DNA from: Candidatus Cloacimonadales bacterium
GTDB taxonomy: Bacteria; Cloacimonadota; Cloacimonadia; Cloacimonadales; DAONDQ01
DNA length: 64,000 nucleotides
Direction: 5' to 3'
Assembly: GCA_963662275.1 (NCBI GenBank)
Contig: OY759316.1
Coordinates: 4,288,001-4,352,000, forward strand
The notes below the pieces were generated by a model. The model worked only from the letters and a program-made list of their open reading frames with translations, did no database searches and was not told the DNA's origin. How positions within the stretch are numbered: position 1 is the first letter of the stretch; each line of letters starts with the position of its first letter. The translations under genes were made by a program, and so were the position numbers. Below are positions 30,155 through 39,014 of this stretch, piece after piece.

Positions 30155-31849
30155 ATGACATTTAAACGTTTAGGTCAGATTCTGATTGATAAGAAGATTA
30201 TTGCCGAAGAGCAGCTTCGGGATGGATTGGCAAAGCAATCTAATTTTCGTATTAAAATCGGTGAAACGCTGATAAAATTAGGCTATCTGAATGAGAACGA
30301 TTTACTACTAGCCCTTAGTGAACAACTTGGGTATGAAATTGTTGATATGCAGGAATTGAGAGACTTGAATGTCAGTACCGTCGGATTAATTCCAGAGATG
30401 TTTGCAGTTGAAAACCGTGTTATCGCTGTTCGTGAAGGGAAAGATGGGTTGGTCGTTGCAATGACTGATCCGGAAAACATCGAAATTCTTGATAGTTTAA
30501 AAAAACTTCTTCAGAAGAATGTAAAACCCATTCTTATCGGTGAAAGCGCTTTAACAGATACAATGGAGAAATATTACAAGAGTATTCGTACAACTTCTCA
30601 AGTTGAAGATGCTGTTGGAAATTTTGATTTCGTTGCTATGGATGATGATGAGAATGAAATCAACATAGGTACCCAAGGTTCTGCTGATGCACCCGTCGTA
30701 AAACTGATCAACCTGATCATCACGGAAGCAATCAAAGCCGGAGCAACCGATATTCATATAGAACCTCTAACAAAGAATACTCGGATTAGATTCCGTGTTG
30801 ACGGCGCATTACGCGAAGTCATGAATCCACCAATTGGATTACACGCGGGATTGATTTCTATTGTAAAAGTTATGTCCAAATTGAATATTGCAGAAAGGCG
30901 TCTTCCCCAGGATGGTCACATTTCTCTAAAAACTCAAATGAAGAGCGTTGATGTTCGTGTATCTATTACACCGACAGTATTAGGGGAAAAGATAGTAATG
31001 CGTCTCTTGGATAAAGGCGATTTCGGATTCAAACTTCAGACACTTGGTTTTGAAGATGATGATATGGAAATCTTCAAACGTGTAATTCGCCGTCCCTATG
31101 GTATTATTATCGTTTCAGGACCTACCGGTAGTGGTAAATCAACCACTTTACATGCTGCTTTAAAAACGATCCAGGATATTGAAACGAATATCATTACTGT
31201 TGAAGACCCTGTTGAATATCGTCTCGATGGTATAACCCAGATTGAAACTAAAGAACAGATAGGTTTAACCTTTGGTTCAGCATTGCGCTCAGTCTTACGT
31301 CAAGATCCGGATATTGTTCTTATCGGTGAAATCCGCGACGAAGAAACCGCTGATATAGCGACCAAATTCTCTTTGACCGGTCATTTAGTTTTTAGTACGC
31401 TGCATGCTAATGATGCCCCTTCCACTGTTACTCGTCTGATTGATATTGGGATCAAGCCCTATTTGGTGGGATCTTCACTAAGTTTAGTGATGGCTCAAAG
31501 ACTGGTACGTAAAATATGTTCACATTGCAAGACAGACTATAAACCTTCGGCGGATGAACTGAGAGATGCCGGTATTTCTGCTGAGGATGCAAGCAAAATT
31601 CAATTCAAACATGGCATTGGCTGTGTTCATTGTGATAATACCGGTTATTCCGGAAGAACAGGTATCTTTGAAGTACTCATGGTTGATGCAGAAATTCGTA
31701 AGATCATCTATGATGGCGGAAACCAGGATCTTGTTCGGGAAGCCGCATTACGCAAAGGTATGCGTACATTGCACGATAGCGCTATTGTTAAGATGAAAAA
31801 GGGAATGACAACCTTAAGAGAAGTCATCAAGTTAACGATCGTGGAATAG
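30155..31849 (+). CDS. pilB: Type IV pilus assembly ATPase PilB with N-terminal MshEN-like domain
   Basis: RLGQIL...L...L..Q, AERRLPQDG, GPTGSGKST, LRQDPD, tetracysteine CSHC...CVHC. Confidence 0.93.
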   Translation: MTFKRLGQILIDKKIIAEEQLRDGLAKQSNFRIKIGETLIKLGYLNENDLLLALSEQLGYEIVDMQELRDLNVSTVGLIPEMFAVENRVIAVREGKDGLVVAMTDPENIEILDSLKKLLQKNVKPILIGESALTDTMEKYYKSIRTTSQVEDAVGNFDFVAMDDDENEINIGTQGSADAPVVKLINLIITEAIKAGATDIHIEPLTKNTRIRFRVDGALREVMNPPIGLHAGLISIVKVMSKLNIAERRLPQDGHISLKTQMKSVDVRVSITPTVLGEKIVMRLLDKGDFGFKLQTLGFEDDDMEIFKRVIRRPYGIIIVSGPTGSGKSTTLHAALKTIQDIETNIITVEDPVEYRLDGITQIETKEQIGLTFGSALRSVLRQDPDIVLIGEIRDEETADIATKFSLTGHLVFSTLHANDAPSTVTRLIDIGIKPYLVGSSLSLVMAQRLVRKICSHCKTDYKPSADELRDAGISAEDASKIQFKHGIGCVHCDNTGYSGRTGIFEVLMVDAEIRKIIYDGGNQDLVREAALRKGMRTLHDSAIVKMKKGMTTLREVIKLTIVE

Positions 31850-31885
31850 TCCGTTTCATTTCATAATAAAGTTAAAGGAAAGTAT

Positions 31886-33139
31886 ATGGCAGCATTTTCG
31901 TATATCATTCATGATGCGAAAGGAGCACGAGTCGAGGGGATGATGAAAGCTTCTTCACTCGATGAAGTGATTGATAAACTATCGAAAGATGGCGGTACGA
32001 TCATTTCTGTAAAGAGTATTTCAGAAGCCGCAATGCGGACAAGTATGTCCCTCTTCGATAAGGTCGTTTTTGCTATCTACAAAATCAGGACCAGTGTTTC
32101 ACTTCGAACTCTCGTGTTTTTTACCCGCCAATTATCCACGATGTTTTCTGCGGGTTTGACAATCGAGAAAGCTATATCAGATTTGGCGAAAGAAGAGAGA
32201 AACGGTCGCTTTCAAAAAGTATTGCATAGACTAAGTGATGATATTAAAAAAGGATTTTCGCTTTCGGAAGCAATGGAACAGCATCCGGGTGTTTTTAATC
32301 CCTTATATATTGCCCTGGTCAAAGCAGGTGAAGTTTCCGGAACTCTACATACAGTCCTGGGAGAACTATCAGATTACCTGGAAAAAATGGAAGATACACG
32401 CAGAAAAGTTGTTTCTGCCATGTCTTACCCCGTATTCATCCTAATTTTCCTGATTTTGGTTGTCTGGGGTTTGTTTTATTTCATTATTCCTAAATTCCAG
32501 GAAGTGTATAGTAATTTCGGAGCTGATCTGCCAGTACCAACCCTTGTTGCCATCGCCATTAGTAATTTTATTGTTCATAACCTGATCTTCAGCGTTCTGA
32601 TCATGCTTATTATTCTTTGTGCTGGTTTTCTGATTTACCTGACTGAAAGAGGACGCTACATATTTGATGTAGTGAAACTGAAATTACCCGTTATCGGTGC
32701 ATTAATTAATAACTCGATCATGAGTAAATTTGCACGTACATTCTCTATCCTGACTGCTGCAGGTGTCCCCATTATGGACACTTTGGAGTTGGTTGAGGGT
32801 GTTGTTCAGAATGCCCCGATTGAGGAAGCCATCAATAAAGCACGTGCTTGGGTCAAAGAAGGTTATGGGGTGGCGAATGCCTTCCGTAAAACAGGTCTTT
32901 TCCCTTCCACATTGCTGCAATTGATGAGTACAGGTGAAGAAACAGGTGATATGGATCAGTTATTGAAAAAAGCCGGTGAATTTTATGAAAAACTGGTTGA
33001 TTCCGTGATTGATCGTTTAACAGTTCTGATTGAACCAAGCTTGATCATTATCATGGGTGTCGTTGTAGGATCGATTATTATCGTTATCTACTTACCGATT
33101 TTCGACCTTGGTCAAGCGATGAGTCAAGGTTACAAATAA
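31886..33139 (+). CDS. pilC: Type IV pilus inner-membrane platform protein
   Basis: FTRQLSTMFSAGL, AGEVSGTL, GEETGDMD, IEP..I; two T2SSF domains. Confidence 0.93.
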   Translation: MAAFSYIIHDAKGARVEGMMKASSLDEVIDKLSKDGGTIISVKSISEAAMRTSMSLFDKVVFAIYKIRTSVSLRTLVFFTRQLSTMFSAGLTIEKAISDLAKEERNGRFQKVLHRLSDDIKKGFSLSEAMEQHPGVFNPLYIALVKAGEVSGTLHTVLGELSDYLEKMEDTRRKVVSAMSYPVFILIFLILVVWGLFYFIIPKFQEVYSNFGADLPVPTLVAIAISNFIVHNLIFSVLIMLIILCAGFLIYLTERGRYIFDVVKLKLPVIGALINNSIMSKFARTFSILTAAGVPIMDTLELVEGVVQNAPIEEAINKARAWVKEGYGVANAFRKTGLFPSTLLQLMSTGEETGDMDQLLKKAGEFYEKLVDSVIDRLTVLIEPSLIIIMGVVVGSIIIVIYLPIFDLGQAMSQGYK

Positions 33140-33164
33140 GAAAATATAAAAATAATATTCTTTG

Positions 33165-33189
33165 ACCCCGTTGAAAGACGGGGTTTTTT
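33165..33189 (+). terminator. Intrinsic terminator after pilC
   Basis: ACCCCGTT-GAAA-GACGGGGT followed by TTTTT. Confidence 0.8.
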
Positions 33190-33190
33190 G

Positions 33191-33544
33191 TTGTGTGGAG
33201 TAGGATTCCGATCCTACTGAAAAGTAGTCTATTGTGTGGAGTAGGATTCCGATCCTACTGAAAAGTAGTCTATTGTGTGGAGTAAGATTCCAATCTTACA
33301 AAAAAGCTATGTCAGTTTTGAACTTCCAGAAAACAGGCTTTTACTACCGAGGATGAAAGGTCGGGTTTGAAGTCCGAATGCCCTTTTAGTTAAGTATTCA
33401 ATGATAATTTGTTTAGGGCATTTGAACTCCAAAAGCCTTAGCTTTTATGTAAAGTCCATATTTCCTATTATTTGAGAAGTCATAGTAGATTCGATGGAAA
33501 TTTGAACTCCAAAACTTCATAGTAGGATCGGCATCCTACTCCAC
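33191..33544. repeat. Composite REP/REPIN-like element
   Basis: 41-bp unit TTGTGTGGAGTAGGATTCCGATCCTACTGAAAAGTAGTCTA twice plus a partial third copy with a compensatory stem change; inverted copy at 33521-33544; internal modules shared with 42625-42860. Confidence 0.85.
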
Positions 33545-33560
33545 GAATAAGGAGATAAAT

Positions 33561-34877
33561 ATGAAAACAGCGGATATTCTCATTCAAAATGTATTGATCC
33601 TCTGCTTTGACCAGCAAATGACGATGATTGAAAATGGCTTTATCGCTATTGAAGGTAAATACATATCTGAACTTGGCTTGATGAAAGACATTAGAGACTG
33701 GCAGGGTAAAGAAGTCATTGATGGCAGTGGTATAATCGCTTTACCAGGTTTTATTAACGGTCATACACATGCCGGGATGAGCTATTTTAAAGGTATGGCA
33801 GACGACATGCCCGTTATCAAGTGGCTGCAGGAAAAGATATGGCCAGCAGAAGCTCAGTTCATGAATGCAGAATTCGTAAAGTTAGGTGTGGAACATGCCA
33901 TAGCCGAAATGATAAAAAGTGGTATCACGTCCTTCAATGATATGTATTTTTACAGTAAGGAAGCAGCAGAATCCAGTGAAAAAGCCGGAATACGTGCTGT
34001 GTTGGGAGAAGGAGTGCTTAATTATCCTGTTGCCATGCATCCGACTGCTGAACATAGCATCCAATATTCAGTAAAGCTCCAAGAAGAGAATAGAAGCGAT
34101 TTGGTGAAGTTTACGATTGCACCCCATGCAATCTATACATGTAATCGCGAAAACCTTTCAAATGCTGCAGAAATGGCTGTAAATAAGAAAATGAGTCTAC
34201 ACATTCATGTTTCAGAAACTCAGCAGGAAGTTGATAATTGTGTGATGGAACATGGAAAAAGACCTGTAGAATACTTGGACGAAATAGGTTTCTTCAAACC
34301 AAATACTGTAATTGCTCATGGAATATATCTCAATGACCATGAACTAGAAATTTTATCTGCTCGAAAAGTGTCGGTTGCCGTCAATACAATCAGCAACTTG
34401 AAACTTGCATCAGGTTTCGCTCCGATTCAAAGATATGAAGCATTTGGCGTAAATTGGTTCCTTGGTACAGATGGGGTTGCCAGCAATAATAGGCTGGATA
34501 TGTTTAATGAAATTGCCACTACTGCAAGATTACATAAAGCGCTGACTTGTGATGCAGCTTTTCTTCCTGCGGAACAGATATTATGCGCCTGTATTATCAA
34601 TGGAGCTAAAGCCCTGAATCTCCAGGAATGTATAGGCTCCCTGGAAAAAGGAAAATTCGCAGATCTGATCCTGGTGGATATCAATACTATTGAAACACAG
34701 CCAATGTATGATCCTTATTCTCAACTGGTTTACAGCACATCTTCAGAACAGTTGAAGCATGTGATTATCAATGGTAAGTTCGTTATGCGTAACAGGAAAC
34801 TCCTTACACTGAATGAAGAGGAACTCATTGCCAGGGCGAAAGAGTATCAGAAACGAATCAATTCAATTAAAAAGTAG
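33561..34877 (+). CDS. mtaD: Amidohydrolase, 5-methylthioadenosine/S-adenosylhomocysteine deaminase family
   Basis: PGFINGHTH, APHAIYT, HIHVSET, SNLKLASG, LGTDGVASNN, GSLEKGKFAD. Confidence 0.8.
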   Translation: MKTADILIQNVLILCFDQQMTMIENGFIAIEGKYISELGLMKDIRDWQGKEVIDGSGIIALPGFINGHTHAGMSYFKGMADDMPVIKWLQEKIWPAEAQFMNAEFVKLGVEHAIAEMIKSGITSFNDMYFYSKEAAESSEKAGIRAVLGEGVLNYPVAMHPTAEHSIQYSVKLQEENRSDLVKFTIAPHAIYTCNRENLSNAAEMAVNKKMSLHIHVSETQQEVDNCVMEHGKRPVEYLDEIGFFKPNTVIAHGIYLNDHELEILSARKVSVAVNTISNLKLASGFAPIQRYEAFGVNWFLGTDGVASNNRLDMFNEIATTARLHKALTCDAAFLPAEQILCACIINGAKALNLQECIGSLEKGKFADLILVDINTIETQPMYDPYSQLVYSTSSEQLKHVIINGKFVMRNRKLLTLNEEELIARAKEYQKRINSIKK

Positions 34878-35021
34878 AAATTACAGAGAAGATGTTTCTT
34901 TGAATGATAACACGTTGTAGAACATGATACCGATCATGCTGAAAACCAGCCAGTTCATTGATAAGTGCCATGGAAAATGTAAAAAAAAGGACAAAATCTG
35001 TACCCAAAAACAACCAAAACA

Positions 35022-35084
35022 CAATCGCTCCTAGGAGCGGTTGTCCTGCGGTTCTGCTGCGGTAGTGCTGCGGTTCTGTTCTGC
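35022..35084. repeat. Central palindrome followed by an 11-bp tandem array
   Basis: CAATCGCTCCTAGGAGCGGTTG, continuing as GCGGTTGTCCT GCGGTTCTGCT GCGGTAGTGCT GCGGTTCTGTT. Confidence 0.65.
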
Positions 35085-35127
35085 TTGTAATAATTGTGAG
35101 TTATACGTGCTAATGCTATCGTACTGC

Positions 35128-36988
35128 GAGACTGTTCATGAAGTTATTCATAATATTCAATAAGTTAGAAAGTAGCAAGTTGAAAAAAGTGGTCGAAACG
35201 GTCATAATTTAACATACCTTCCAGAATTGACAGATAAGCTCTGCTAAGGACACCAAATCACAAGTTAAGCTTTTTGACTAAAATTGAAAAACACGCGATT
35301 ATAAGTAATGTTTCGAAGCCGTTTCTGACTAAATGTGTAGTTAAAATCATATAAAATAGTTCTTTACAAGTTTTTTGCTATAGCTTCAATGGCATTTGTT
35401 ACCTGGTAACAAAAGGGAGGATATTATGACAAAAAAACACTCCAATTCAAGAAGCGGTAAGTGTTAGTCATGAAAGTAACCAATACCATGTAAGTATTAA
35501 CGTACCATTTTCATTCACTTTGCCTGAGACAACATCAAACCACAAGTTCTTAATAGCGTTTCTACGCTTATTAGTAGGAATAGGCGGAGACAACCTCCTT
35601 ACACTTCAGCAAATAGCTGATCTGTTTAACTACGCAGACCGCAGGAATGTACATAATTTCTGGCAAGAGTTTGAGCAGCATGGTCATGATATCCTGGCAT
35701 ATTTAAGCCGGAAAGTTGACCTGCTGGAGTGTATTCCTCAGATCGAGAATTTTGTTATCAATAACCTGCTTTTACCTTTAAATGTCATGTATCAGGAGTT
35801 CATCAGCCATCATGATTTTAAAATGTCCTATACCACTTTCTGCAAATATGCTTCTCAGGTCAATTCTCTGTCTGTAGTTAAGCAAGCTCAGAAGCTTCTT
35901 CTGAAAAAGACAGTAGGCGGTGATGCTGTACATCTGCTGAAACTGCTTGCCGGTCAGCAGAATACACCTGTTATCTGTGACAGACTCCTGGAACAAATGA
36001 AGACTGCTAAAGGCAATACATCCCATAGAACCGCCGATGCAAAGCCGTTCCATAGTCTGGAACGCAAGAACCTGTGTCTGCTGGTACATTACCTGGTTGG
36101 AAGCGGTATGAACTTCGAGACGATAGCTTTGCTGCTCAACACCTGTAAAGCTACAGTCTCAAATCTCTGGCATGAAATCGCTGACCTGCAGAGCCTGATT
36201 CTGAACTCAATCGGTAAGTGGAGCGGAAAGATCAGCATTGATGAGAAATATGTGAAGATCAAAGGTATTCCGTACTATGTCATCAGTATTGTTGATTTTG
36301 TGACTCACATCCCTCTGTTTTGTGAGTTGTATCCTGACACAAAGAAAGAATCATTCGAAGCATGTTTCAGAACCTTCAGACAGCTCTACAGGAAAGATCC
36401 AACCCTGATTGTCAGTGATGGCAGTAAATCGTTAGCAGTTGCAAGAAAAACAGTGTTTCCAAAAGTCCATTACCAACTCTGTAAGTTCCATAAGATACGA
36501 AATCTCTTCAAAAGAATCAGTCAATGTCATCTCCCTGAAGACAGGGACAAGTTCTTTAAGAAGAGGATTATGAAAGCTTTCCGAAGAGAAACGGCGGGCG
36601 GAAGGAAAAAGGGTATCGCAAGCCTGACAGCTATTACTCCCCCAACCGCCGCCGAATACATCAAAAGCAATATCATTAGTGATTGGAGACACCTCAGCAA
36701 AGGTTTGACTTCCAATGTCTCTGAACGCTGGAACCGCAAAATCAAGAAGGTGACATCCGGTAGATTTGGACTAAAATCTGAAGAAACCACCCGCAACCTT
36801 GTGTTTTCGCTTTGGTTCAAAGAACTGGTCGATAAAGGTCAACCAATCATGCGTCAGGAATCACTTTTAGCAAGTTTAAATATCTCCCGCATATGTCAAG
36901 AAAATGTGGATTGGTCGCACTTAGACCACTTTTTCTCTGTCACTACCAATAAGGCTGCGTAAAATGGAGGTTAATTTTGAACAGTCTC
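35128..36988 (+). mobile_element. Insertion sequence, Mutator-like/IS256 superfamily, 1861 bp
   Basis: TIR GAGACTGTTCA (35128-35138) and TGAACAGTCTC (36978-36988); 8-bp target duplication CGTACTGC at 35120-35127 and 36989-36996; contains a DDE transposase. Confidence 0.92.
35520..36962 (+). CDS. DDE transposase (Mutator-like, CxxH motif); true start probably ATG 35426 across a 1-nt frameshift
   Basis: SIDEKYV (D), IVSDG (D), QLCKFH (CxxH), TSNVSERWN (E). The frame is open back to 35430. Confidence 0.85.
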   Translation: MPETTSNHKFLIAFLRLLVGIGGDNLLTLQQIADLFNYADRRNVHNFWQEFEQHGHDILAYLSRKVDLLECIPQIENFVINNLLLPLNVMYQEFISHHDFKMSYTTFCKYASQVNSLSVVKQAQKLLLKKTVGGDAVHLLKLLAGQQNTPVICDRLLEQMKTAKGNTSHRTADAKPFHSLERKNLCLLVHYLVGSGMNFETIALLLNTCKATVSNLWHEIADLQSLILNSIGKWSGKISIDEKYVKIKGIPYYVISIVDFVTHIPLFCELYPDTKKESFEACFRTFRQLYRKDPTLIVSDGSKSLAVARKTVFPKVHYQLCKFHKIRNLFKRISQCHLPEDRDKFFKKRIMKAFRRETAGGRKKGIASLTAITPPTAAEYIKSNIISDWRHLSKGLTSNVSERWNRKIKKVTSGRFGLKSEETTRNLVFSLWFKELVDKGQPIMRQESLLASLNISRICQENVDWSHLDHFFSVTTNKAA

Positions 36989-37102
36989 CGTACTGCTAAA
37001 GTGCTGTAAATAATATAAAAACTTGACTGAATAACTTCAAATAATTTAAATCTCAATTATCAGTTAGCTTAAAAAGAATAATCCAAAAATCAGGGAGGAA
37101 TC

Positions 37103-37552
37103 GTGAAATTTATCTTTCTTGTCTGCCTCTTTTTTGTTCCGTTTCTGCTGTACTGTGATGTCATGTATGTTCATTTGACCAATGGAACAACAGCGGAATT
37201 CCAGGTACAGGATATTCAGCAGATCAATTTCAGCAATGTCTCCAATGATGATTGGGTCGCATTCATGCCCAAAGTACCTATTAAGTTTTTAACCAATTAT
37301 CCTAATCCTTTTAATCCCTCAACCATCATCAAGTTTGAATTGTCAGAACCGTATCAGACAGAGGTCTCAATTTTTAATATCAAGGGACAACTGGTGAAGG
37401 TTCTGGCAAAAGAGAACATGACAAAAGGTGTTCATGAATTGACTTGGAATGGTTTGAATGAATCCGGCAATACCTGTGCCTCGGGAACTTATATTTATAA
37501 GGTGAAATGCAATGACCAAATCAAAGTCAGCAAGATGCTGATGTTAAAATAG
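37103..37552 (+). CDS. Small secreted protein: signal peptide, short beta-module and FlgD-Ig/T9SS-like CTD
   Basis: GGGAGG RBS with GTG start; NYPNPFNPST...FNIKGQLVK.L...WNG...SGTY...KMLMLK; no catalytic domain. Confidence 0.85.
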   Translation: MKFIFLVCLFFVPFLLYCDVMYVHLTNGTTAEFQVQDIQQINFSNVSNDDWVAFMPKVPIKFLTNYPNPFNPSTIIKFELSEPYQTEVSIFNIKGQLVKVLAKENMTKGVHELTWNGLNESGNTCASGTYIYKVKCNDQIKVSKMLMLK

Positions 37553-37561
37553 GAGTATGTT

Positions 37562-38449
37562 ATGTATAAAATATTACTTATTAGCTGCCTTATCCTGCTG
37601 ACTTCTTTTCTTTTTGCCCAAGCTCAAATGAATGTGCACACAACAACCGGAACCAGCAACTTTAACCTGAATGAAATCACGGATATTACTTTTACCCAGG
37701 GAACAACTCCTGACCAGATGATACTTGTGCCGGGTGGAACTTTCAACAATTACACTTCAGATGTAACGGTATCATCTTTTTATATGGATAAATATGAGCT
37801 GACACAAACTGCCTACCAGGTAGTGATGGGAACAAATCCGTCTTATTATCCCAATGTTACCAATGGTCCAGTCGAACAGGTATCCTGGTTCAATGCCATC
37901 GAGTATTGCAACAGACGGAGCATCAATGAAGGACTGACTCCCTGCTATAGTTACAGCACGTATGGGACGAATCCAGCGACTTGGCCTGCCGGCTGGAACA
38001 CAGACTACCTCAATCATACCAATGTTTCCTGTAATTGGACTGCGAATGGCTACCGTCTGCCAACCGAAGCAGAATGGGAATTTGCCGCGCGGGGTGGTAA
38101 TCAGACACATAATTATACCTATAGCGGGAGTAATACGATAGGTGATGTGGCTTGGTATTGGGATAACTCCGGTAGTACTACTCACACCGTGGGTACCAAG
38201 ACAGCCAATGAATTAGGCTTGTTTGATATGAGTGGCAACGTCTGGGAGTGGAATTGGGACATCTATGGCTCTTACCCAAGTAGTGCACAGACCAACCCGC
38301 ATGGTGCTGTCAGCGGGCCTACCCGTATACTACGCGGTGGTTGCTGGAACAACGATGTCGACGGCTGCCCCGTTTTCGGTCGGGGCGGCAACTCTGCGAC
38401 TAGCAGCTACAATAATTTTGGCTTCCGTGTGTGTAGAAATTCCCTTTGA
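37562..38449 (+). CDS. Secreted FGE-sulfatase (C-type lectin fold) protein, probable DGR target
   Basis: MILVPGGTF, FYMDKYELTQ, PVEQVSW, YRLPTEAEWEFAARGG, NELGLFDMSGNVWEW, RGGCW...GFR at the C-terminus. Confidence 0.9.
   Translation: MYKILLISCLILLTSFLFAQAQMNVHTTTGTSNFNLNEITDITFTQGTTPDQMILVPGGTFNNYTSDVTVSSFYMDKYELTQTAYQVVMGTNPSYYPNVTNGPVEQVSWFNAIEYCNRRSINEGLTPCYSYSTYGTNPATWPAGWNTDYLNHTNVSCNWTANGYRLPTEAEWEFAARGGNQTHNYTYSGSNTIGDVAWYWDNSGSTTHTVGTKTANELGLFDMSGNVWEWNWDIYGSYPSSAQTNPHGAVSGPTRILRGGCWNNDVDGCPVFGRGGNSATSSYNNFGFRVCRNSL
38315..38449 (+). other. Candidate DGR variable region (VR)
   Basis: Last about 45 codons of the FGE gene; the 29 codons from 38342 have no A in third position and many NNC/NNT codons at positions that are AAC/AAT in DGR templates. 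Confidence 0.6.
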
Positions 38450-38490
38450 TTTTTGTTTTTTTCCCTTTTTGCAAAATGCTTGTAGCTTGC

Positions 38491-38585
38491 ATTGGTAATG
38501 TGTTGTAACTGACAATGGTATTGTCAGATTCCAGTTCGTAACATAAATTGGTAATTTGTTGTATTCGACAATGGTATTGTCGAAT
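38491..38585. repeat. Two 38-bp direct repeats, each ending in a hairpin
   Basis: ATTGGTAATGTGTTGTAACTGACAATGGTATTGTCAGA and ATTGGTAATTTGTTGTATTCGACAATGGTATTGTCGAA; the stems covary. Confidence 0.8.
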
Positions 38586-39014
38586 GTGCTTTTCTCAGTG
38601 ATTACCGTATAACAATATAGGACGATGTTAGGTGACGACTGCTTGAGCTGATAGGTTATGTTCTTTAGATCATGGTCTACTCACAAAAAAGCAACGTAAA
38701 CGAGGCTGCCACGATTCCTGAAGTAATCACCACCGGTGTGTAACATATGATTGTATCATGTTTTCCCCGATGGTTTGTAACCTCGGGGTCTTCCGGAGTT
38801 GCAGGGATACAATCCCAACAACAAAACAGCTTACAAAGCTATGTAACAGCAAAACAAAATTTACTATTCAAGATTAAGGTTGACACAGAATTGTCGTGGT
38901 AGGTTTATATAAAAAATGCGTTAGTAAGGTGAATAACCTATATTGCAATAAATTCATTGACGCTAATTGGTTTAACGAAATTATGTAATGTTAGATTTAA
39001 TACGAGGGAAGCGA

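Noticed and set aside
33191..33300. Possible CRISPR array (palindromic repeat three times)
   Set aside because: The intervening sequences are identical and only about 13 nt, giving a 41-bp tandem unit; no cas genes nearby.
36989..37050. Promoter-targeted insertion as in ISLre2-type elements
   Set aside because: The nearest -35-like hexamer (TTGACT, 37023) is about 26 bp from the target duplication and the -10 is poor; not supportable.
38450..39014. DGR template repeat, RT or Avd next to the FGE gene
   Set aside because: No AAC-rich copy of the VR was seen by eye in any intergenic region, and no ORF has RT motifs. The DGR core, if real, is outside the window.
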